Source of the DNA: Diplonema japonicum | Lineage: Eukaryota; Protista; Euglenozoa: Diplonemea | Direction: 5' to 3' | DNA length: 64,000 bases | Assembly: GCA_964019335.1 (NCBI GenBank) | Contig: OZ025730.1 | Location: 248,001 to 312,000 of the forward strand | Shown: in pieces, positions 57,811 to 64,000 of the stretch | Numbering within the stretch: position 1 is the stretch's first letter | Layout: each line of letters starts with the position of its first letter | Made by a program: the position numbers and the translations under genes | Notes under the pieces: generated by a model | What the model was told of the DNA's origin: nothing | Databases searched by the model: none | Seen by the model: the letters and a program-made list of their open reading frames with translations, nothing else

Positions 57811-59598
57811 CTAGTACCGCATGCCTTGTGCCTGGTTGATAGCAGCTGCGAGGCCGCGGACGGCATGTCCAGGTGAGAGTCTAGCAGAGGAGGGGCCTGC
57901 AGTGGACATGGGGGAAGGAATAGCAGAAAGGTGTTCCCCCACGGCAGAAATGTTGCTGACGTTGAGGGTCGTGTTGTGGTGATGGTGGTGTGACCCTTCT
58001 CGTTCCCTTATTGATGACCCAGGCACGTCCTCGATCATGGCGGGGTGCTCCCGGTCTCTGTTGGCTCGGTACCTCCCGTGAAGTGCCCCTAGCCTCGCTT
58101 CTTGCTCCTCGAGGCTGTTTCTTGATTCACGGAGGCGAACTTCCTCCTCTATGATCTTAACCTCATGTTCTGCTGTTTGGTACGACCTCTCTGCCAGCCT
58201 GTTCATGTCGTTGTTGAGGGCAGTCACCTCTTGTATCTTCTGTTTCAGCCGCATGCCCGCCTCTACCTCCTCGTCAGAAGCTGCTCGGACTCGTTCGTCT
58301 ATCTTCCTCAACTCTTTCATTTCCATCTCCTTGTTCTGCATGCCCTGCTTTGTCATGTGTATGGCATCCCTCTCCCCTGACGCTGCGGACCGTATCGCAT
58401 CGTGCAGCCGTGACATGGCGTACTCGATCTTGACCACAGTGTCGTGGGTGTTCTGCGTGTCCAGCTGTGCCTGGTTGAGGTTCACTCTCGTTGCTGCCTC
58501 GTTGTCCTGCGCACTGAGCAGCTCTGTCAGTGCTGTGTTCCTGCTGTTTTCTTTTTGCGTCAATGTGCGGCGTGCCTCCTCTAGCTCGTACTCCAGCTGC
58601 CGTATGCGGTCCTTTGCAGCCGCCACGTCAGTGTCCTCCTGTGTCACGTTCCTGGAAGCGGTCTCGACCATCTCCAGCTGCAGCGACACTTGGTTCGCAA
58701 GATCCTCCTCACGCTTCCTGGCGTGCGCCTCGTTGGCCTCGGCATCTCGCAGCTCCGTGTCAACAATGTCCAGCTCGCTGAGCACTGCCTTGTGTGCCTC
58801 GATGGCCTCTATCTCCCTTGCCTCGCAACCCCGTACCTCGTGCGTGCCGCTCTCAACGCGTAGCTGCTGCGTCTCAAAAGCCTCGACGGTGCCCCTGTGC
58901 ACGGCCTCCTTCTCGATGTGGAGCTCGTGCAACCGTTCCAAGTCGCCCTTCAAACGGGAGAAGGTAGCGGCCATTTCGCTCTCCTTCTTGTTCTCGTCGA
59001 TGCGTGTGAAGAGCGTGTCGACGAGCTTCGGGTGGTGGTCGGAGAGGCGCTGCCACTCGGCGAAGGTCACGACACCATCACCGTTACAGTCGGCTTTGCG
59101 GAAGAGGGACTCGACGATGGCAGGCGAGAGGCCGAGGCGGACCGCATGCAATCCGTCAGAGAGGTTGGTGAAGGCGACCTTGCGGCAGCGGTTGGTGTCG
59201 AGGAAGTCGAAGGTGACCCTGACAGGGTCGTGCGAGGTGAGTGAGGTGTTGTCGTGCGAGACGAGTGAGGTGGGGCCGGGCGTGGAGGGGGGCTGCGGGT
59301 GTACCATAGGGGGCTTCCCTCTGGGAGTAGCCGTCACCAGTTTCTTTTCTCCAGCTGGGAAGATATACACTTGGCATCCATCTTTCAGCTGCCGTCCCGA
59401 GTTCAAGTCCGACCACTTCTCGCTCACAGCGTCATAGACCTGCATCTTGGCTACTGTTATTACGTCGCTCAGCTCTTTCGTGAATACCTCCTCCACCTGC
59501 TGGATGAGTTCTGTCAGTGTAGGCAGGGTGGGGAACGTGTACTCGAAATTATAGGTTTTCCCCCTAATGTCCCCTGCTACAAGGACAGCGAAACCCAT
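57811..59598 (-). CDS. BILBO1-like protein (BILBO1 N-terminal domain, EF-hands, coiled coil)
   Basis: MGFAVLVAGDI..KTYNFEYTFP..PTLTEL...KWSDL...QLKDGCQVYIF; EF-hand DCNGDGVVTFAEW. Confidence 0.85.
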   Translation of the reverse strand: MGFAVLVAGDIRGKTYNFEYTFPTLPTLTELIQQVEEVFTKELSDVITVAKMQVYDAVSEKWSDLNSGRQLKDGCQVYIFPAGEKKLVTATPRGKPPMVHPQPPSTPGPTSLVSHDNTSLTSHDPVRVTFDFLDTNRCRKVAFTNLSDGLHAVRLGLSPAIVESLFRKADCNGDGVVTFAEWQRLSDHHPKLVDTLFTRIDENKKESEMAATFSRLKGDLERLHELHIEKEAVHRGTVEAFETQQLRVESGTHEVRGCEAREIEAIEAHKAVLSELDIVDTELRDAEANEAHARKREEDLANQVSLQLEMVETASRNVTQEDTDVAAAKDRIRQLEYELEEARRTLTQKENSRNTALTELLSAQDNEAATRVNLNQAQLDTQNTHDTVVKIEYAMSRLHDAIRSAASGERDAIHMTKQGMQNKEMEMKELRKIDERVRAASDEEVEAGMRLKQKIQEVTALNNDMNRLAERSYQTAEHEVKIIEEEVRLRESRNSLEEQEARLGALHGRYRANRDREHPAMIEDVPGSSIREREGSHHHHHNTTLNVSNISAVGEHLSAIPSPMSTAGPSSARLSPGHAVRGLAAAINQAQGMRY

Positions 59599-59710
59599 TT
59601 GTCGCTGCTTATGGTTCCTTTTTTCTTTTTGTTTTTCTTCTTCTTTTAAGCTGGGGTTGCTGACACCCAACACCTTTTGATGAGATATACCGGATTGATA
59701 AGAGGACGGG

Positions 59711-59749
<39 letters not shown>

Positions 59750-60190
59750 AAGAAAACCAAATACTGACCAGAGGGAAGTGGGTGGAAGAGAAGGAAATGA
59801 AAGCAGAACCAGAACAAAGAAAAAGAGAAGGGGTGCTCTGAGTGGTGATGGTACACTTGCGACCTTGTATAGATAGAATGCGAAAGATTTAAAAAAAAAA
59901 AAAGAAAAAAAAAAAAAAAAACCCTCCCAGACTTTTTAGAGGTACAACCTTACGCCCCAACTATGTTGAGAAAAGCACAAAATTTGACCCCAATTTCTTG
60001 AGAAGGGCGTTGGGGCCACCGATGTACTTTAATGAAAAGCAGAGCACTTTAACGAAAAAATAAAGCTGTTCCCCCTTCTTTTTTTTTCCCCGGAGTTAAA
60101 AAAAGGAGGGAGGTGCCTCATATCTCTAATGTGCTCGTACCCCTCCATTTGTTTGTGCACATATATTCCTGGGACAAAAATACTACCACT

Positions 60191-60241
<51 letters not shown>

Positions 60242-60422
60242 CAGCAATAAAAAAACTTTCAAATTGTCGATAAAATTTTTTTTCTTTTTTGCTTAAAAAA
60301 GCAATTGTTCGAGCAGGAAGAAAAAAAAAAAAAAAAAAACTCCAAGAAGAGGGCGAGAAATATTCTCTAGTGTCCTTAAAAGAAAAAAAGAAAAAAAGAA
60401 AAAAAAGAAAAAAAATGCTTGC

Positions 60423-61445
60423 CTATCTTCCCAGGGCCTTTTCGTTCTCTTCTCGCTCTGCTTCTCTTGCCAGCACCCTCTTCATTTCGTCCAACAAGGC
60501 GGTGTAGATAAAAAACAATTGGTCAGCCGATTGCACCATGCCGGCTCGCTGATTTCGCAGCTCATGGATGGTACCCAAGACGCTAAATTCAAAAGGGATA
60601 TTCGAGGTCTGGAGGTGCTGCTTGAAGAGAGAGATGAGTACGTGAACAGTAAGAAAACAACCAGTCCGGCCGATTCCCGCAGAGCAGTGAACGAGAACAG
60701 GTGGGGTGTCCGTATTTTGAGCATCAGGTGCAGGCCCTGCCCGAGAGGTGAGATAACTGTCAGTTTCGCTCAACAATGAGGAAAACCCTTCAGTAGATTC
60801 TGGTACTCCATGGTCAGGCCATTCCACATGGTGCAGATGAGTAATTACCCGTTCCTCGTCTTTGTACTTCACCACGAATTTCTTTTTTTCAAGCTCGTAC
60901 CCTGCAGCTGTGTCCTCCTCCCACGATATGGAAAAACCCTCCACCTCCAGTGTGCTCCCTACAGTGTCCGGCCAATATTTCGCGCATTTCGATTTGCCTC
61001 TTTCCCGTACCTTTGTCAGCATCAGTATGAGTTCCACGTCAGTCTCCCACACCATCGCCCAGAAATCGTTCACTGTATCATCCTTCGGTGCTTGCGCACA
61101 CACATAGTTCATATACGGCAGGCAGAATGCTTTGCCGTCGATAAAATTTGAATTCACATAGTCGCTGTACCCCTCCTTGGCCCGGCCTCGGAGCTTCACT
61201 CTCGTGTGGTCATTCGGCAGAACGTCCATGTACCTGTTTTTGTCTTTGTTCTCCGGTTTCGCCCCTTCTCTGAAGAGTAGGTGTGGTGCGCCCGACATCA
61301 GCTCCCTGTGTTGGTTCTGCAATATGTCCCACTCCAGGTCCAGCATCGTCTTCACCCCGTGCTCGTCTCCTGCCCTTTCGGACAGCGATGCCACGTGTTC
61401 CGCCAACTCGCACTGTTTTAAAATCTTCCTGTGGGGTGCCCACAT
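60423..61445 (-). CDS. Classical protein tyrosine phosphatase
   Basis: KNRY, DYVNS, WPDHGVP, VHCSAGIGRTG, RAGMVQSADQ. Confidence 0.95.
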   Translation of the reverse strand: MWAPHRKILKQCELAEHVASLSERAGDEHGVKTMLDLEWDILQNQHRELMSGAPHLLFREGAKPENKDKNRYMDVLPNDHTRVKLRGRAKEGYSDYVNSNFIDGKAFCLPYMNYVCAQAPKDDTVNDFWAMVWETDVELILMLTKVRERGKSKCAKYWPDTVGSTLEVEGFSISWEEDTAAGYELEKKKFVVKYKDEERVITHLHHVEWPDHGVPESTEGFSSLLSETDSYLTSRAGPAPDAQNTDTPPVLVHCSAGIGRTGCFLTVHVLISLFKQHLQTSNIPFEFSVLGTIHELRNQRAGMVQSADQLFFIYTALLDEMKRVLAREAEREENEKALGR

Positions 61446-61610
61446 AGTCTTGGTTGACCCCGATTCCTTCCTGAATGGTTTTCTTTTTTTTTGGGGGGGG
61501 CAAACAAGACAGAGAGAAAAAAAAGAAAATAAGAAAGCCAAAAAGAAACACCTTTTTTTACTCCTCACTGTAAGTGTAAAAGCGTGTAAAAACAAGAGGG
61601 GGAGGGAGGA

Positions 61611-61910
61611 CTATAAACTGCAATAACTACTTTCGTGCTTCGGCAGAACCTTCTTCGCACACAACTCAGCCCCTGCGCCTGCAGCCATGGAACCACCTGC
61701 TGCTACGCCCACAATACCAGGCATGCCTGCCACCACAGGGCTGCCTAGACACACAGCGGCAAAGGACCCCACAAAAGTTGCCAGCCCTGTCCCAAGTCCG
61801 ACACCATCGGCTGCAATCTTGCTTCCTACACCATAACACGGGTGCCGGTTGCTGCACTCCGTCCACGCCCCTCCCCGTGCTTCGCACTGGCGCTTTTCTG
61901 CGCCACCCAT
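61611..61910 (-). CDS. Small Gly/Ala-rich hydrophobic (glycine-zipper-like) protein
   Basis: 99-aa ORF on the cluster strand with GxxxG-rich hydrophobic segments and 6 Cys. Confidence 0.5.
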   Translation of the reverse strand: MGGAEKRQCEARGGAWTECSNRHPCYGVGSKIAADGVGLGTGLATFVGSFAAVCLGSPVVAGMPGIVGVAAGGSMAAGAGAELCAKKVLPKHESSYCSL

Positions 61911-61973
61911 TTTGTCTTTCTCCTGATGTGGCGTTGCCTGAACACGAGGCGCAACAGAATGAGAACTAAAGAA

Positions 61974-64000
61974 TCATGTCCCCGCGGAAGCGGACGACCT
62001 CTTCACCGCCTCTGACGACTTACGGCGCGGTGCTGCTTTCTGCTTCCGGTATTTCTCCACAAGTGCTTTCTTGGTACGCTGCTCTCTGAGCAACCTCTGC
62101 TTCTTAGCAAGCGCCAGCTTCTCCTTCAGGGCCTCCGCACGCTCTTCCTCCAGTCTCTTTTCTTCCTTTCGTTTCTTGACCGCGTCGTAATGCTCTGCTA
62201 GTTGTGTTTCTATTACTTTTTGTCGTGCTGCCCGCTTCCTTGCTTTAGTTTCCTCCCGTTCCCGCATTACTTTCTCTGCTTCTTCTTTCTTCTGCTTCTC
62301 CTTCTCTTGGTGTGCGCGCCACGCGGACAGCTTGTCGGGCTGCTTCTGCGCATTCAGCATGTCGGTCAGGACACGGTCTACCGATGACGGCACGCACAAG
62401 GCTTCTTCTTGTTCTTCGAGCAGACAGTCTTTAGATTTTTCTACGTCCTCCTTTTCCTCGCCCGATGTTTCTTCTTCCTCTCCCTGCATCTGCATCCGCG
62501 CCTTGCCGACGATAGAAGGTGACATGACGCTGCCAGAGGACCCCGACGACGTGTCCTGTCCATGCATCACACTGCTTGCCGCAGACACCTTGCTATGGGT
62601 GAAGCGGCCGAAGCCGCTGCTTGCAGGAGAAAGTCTCTCGATGTGGTCGCCAGCCACGGGATAGCTGCGGGGCGAGAGATGCTTGACAGATGACAGCACT
62701 GGGTCACGAGGAAGGTGAGGCAACTGTTCCTGCGTATGCGTCGGGTGTCGTGGGGAGAGGTGCTCTTCGGCAGGAGACAGCGTGGCACGATACTCGGGGT
62801 CGCGGGATAACTGGTGCTGTGCCTCCAATGCCACGTCGAATAGCGCCTGCTGTGCCTGCTGGGGTCGCGAGATGTGCACTTCAGATACTTGAACATGAGG
62901 CGAAGTCACGCCATGGGGCAGCACTTCTTCTGCCTCTTGCGACGTGGACAACGAAGGCGAGCTGTGCCCATCGCGGTGACCTTCATCATGAGAATCTTCA
63001 TCATGAGAATCTTCACCGTGAGACCTTTCATCTTCACCGCGAGACCTTTCATCATGGGACCCTTCGCTGTGAGACCTTTCATCATGGGACCCTTCGCTGT
63101 GAGACCTTTCATCATGGGACCCTTCGCTGTGAGACCTTTCATCATGGGACCCTTCGCTGTGAGACCTTTCATCATGGGACCCTTCGCTGTGAGACCTTTC
63201 ATCATGGGACCCTTCGCCGCGAGACCTTTCATCATGAGAACCTTCACCGTGAGACCTTTCATCATGTGACCCTTCACGGGAATCTTCTTCTGTCTCGTGT
63301 GCTGACGACGACGACAGTGTCGGCGAGGACAGTGCCTGTGGTGAAGACAGTGCCTGTGGTGAAGACACGTCGCGTGCAGGCACGTCATGAGAACTGCATC
63401 TCTCGGGGAGCAGCATTTCTTTCTCCGCACCTTTCAAGGGCATGGGTAGCCTCTGCGAGGGGGGCATGCGCTGCTGGTGTTGCTTGTACAGGCCATGCCC
63501 ATGGAAGGCCACTGACGTCGAAGACCGTGATTCTAACGAGCGCCCATCTGAGGTGAAGGACAGCGCATGTGGCGAGGTTGCGGAAAGGGCCATCACAGGG
63601 CGCAGCTTGCGGTGGATGGTTCGCTTGCCGCGAAGGGAGTCGCCGAGCAGCCTTGTGGGGGCTGACCCCGCATGGGGGGGCTGCAAGGGGCTGTGCACAG
63701 GCGGCATAGTGACGGACCGCCTCACGGCCAGCTGCGGCAGGGTAACAGCACACGGAAGCTCCGTGTGAATGTCGCACACTCTTGCAAGTTCGGCAGCAAG
63801 CTGCTCGCTGTTGGCGTGTACGGTCTTCAAGTGCTTCTTCACGCTGAGGAGGAGAATCTTTCTGGTGAGCTTGGGCAGCGGGGCAGCAAGGAGCCTGCGC
63901 AGCAAGGACATCATGCACCGATGCCTCTGGTGGGGGGGCGTGTGGTTCCTCTTGTAAATCCCTTCGAAGCTAGTCGCCACTACGTCGGGCAGCAACGACA
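61974..64000 (-). CDS. Low-complexity/coiled-coil protein, 5'-partial, with SHSEGSHDER repeats
   Basis: Long ORF reaching the window edge, charged C-terminus. Confidence 0.7.
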   Translation of the reverse strand, partial: SLLPDVVATSFEGIYKRNHTPPHQRHRCMMSLLRRLLAAPLPKLTRKILLLSVKKHLKTVHANSEQLAAELARVCDIHTELPCAVTLPQLAVRRSVTMPPVHSPLQPPHAGSAPTRLLGDSLRGKRTIHRKLRPVMALSATSPHALSFTSDGRSLESRSSTSVAFHGHGLYKQHQQRMPPSQRLPMPLKGAEKEMLLPERCSSHDVPARDVSSPQALSSPQALSSPTLSSSSAHETEEDSREGSHDERSHGEGSHDERSRGEGSHDERSHSEGSHDERSHSEGSHDERSHSEGSHDERSHSEGSHDERSHSEGSHDERSRGEDERSHGEDSHDEDSHDEGHRDGHSSPSLSTSQEAEEVLPHGVTSPHVQVSEVHISRPQQAQQALFDVALEAQHQLSRDPEYRATLSPAEEHLSPRHPTHTQEQLPHLPRDPVLSSVKHLSPRSYPVAGDHIERLSPASSGFGRFTHSKVSAASSVMHGQDTSSGSSGSVMSPSIVGKARMQMQGEEEETSGEEKEDVEKSKDCLLEEQEEALCVPSSVDRVLTDMLNAQKQPDKLSAWRAHQEKEKQKKEEAEKVMREREETKARKRAARQKVIETQLAEHYDAVKKRKEEKRLEEERAEALKEKLALAKKQRLLREQRTKKALVEKYRKQKAAPRRKSSEAVKRSSASAGT
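62978..63278. repeat. 30-bp coding minisatellite
   Basis: Unit GAGACCTTTCATCATGGGACCCTTCGCTGT, about 8 copies plus degenerate 15-bp flanks. Confidence 0.95.

Noticed and set aside
62978-63278. CRISPR-like regular repeat
   Set aside because: Head-to-tail 30-bp coding repeat with no spacers, in a eukaryotic gene.

Overview
Eukaryotic (euglenozoan, most likely diplonemid-type) genomic DNA. Support: a BILBO1-like gene, a euglenozoan-style RPS23, and about 28 protein genes that all lie on the minus strand (one directional cluster) yet carry many short GT-AG introns. Housekeeping genes include NNT, 14-3-3, OSCP1, TMEM18, PI-PLC, ValRS, proteasome alpha-2, HINT, MsrA, VMP1-like, CEP162-like, RPS23 x2, Vps39-like and a PTP. 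The main highlight is 28.9-34 kb. A 5'-truncated RT-RNase H non-LTR retrotransposon and a short poly(A) retroposon inserted one after the other at the same position, 12 nt upstream of a tRNA-Glu(CTC) gene. Each insertion duplicated the tRNA 5' end and left the tRNA intact, which points to a candidate tRNA-targeting LINE/SINE system. Other findings: (i) cis-introns with A-rich rather than pyrimidine-rich acceptors and a 3' positional bias; (ii) a TTAA-flanked piggyBac relic; (iii) secreted proteins built entirely from C-x24-C units; (iv) a FYVE-F-box-Ras-like GTPase fusion hidden by an intron; (v) several structured non-coding islands. All family assignments come from motif recognition by eye, not database searches.
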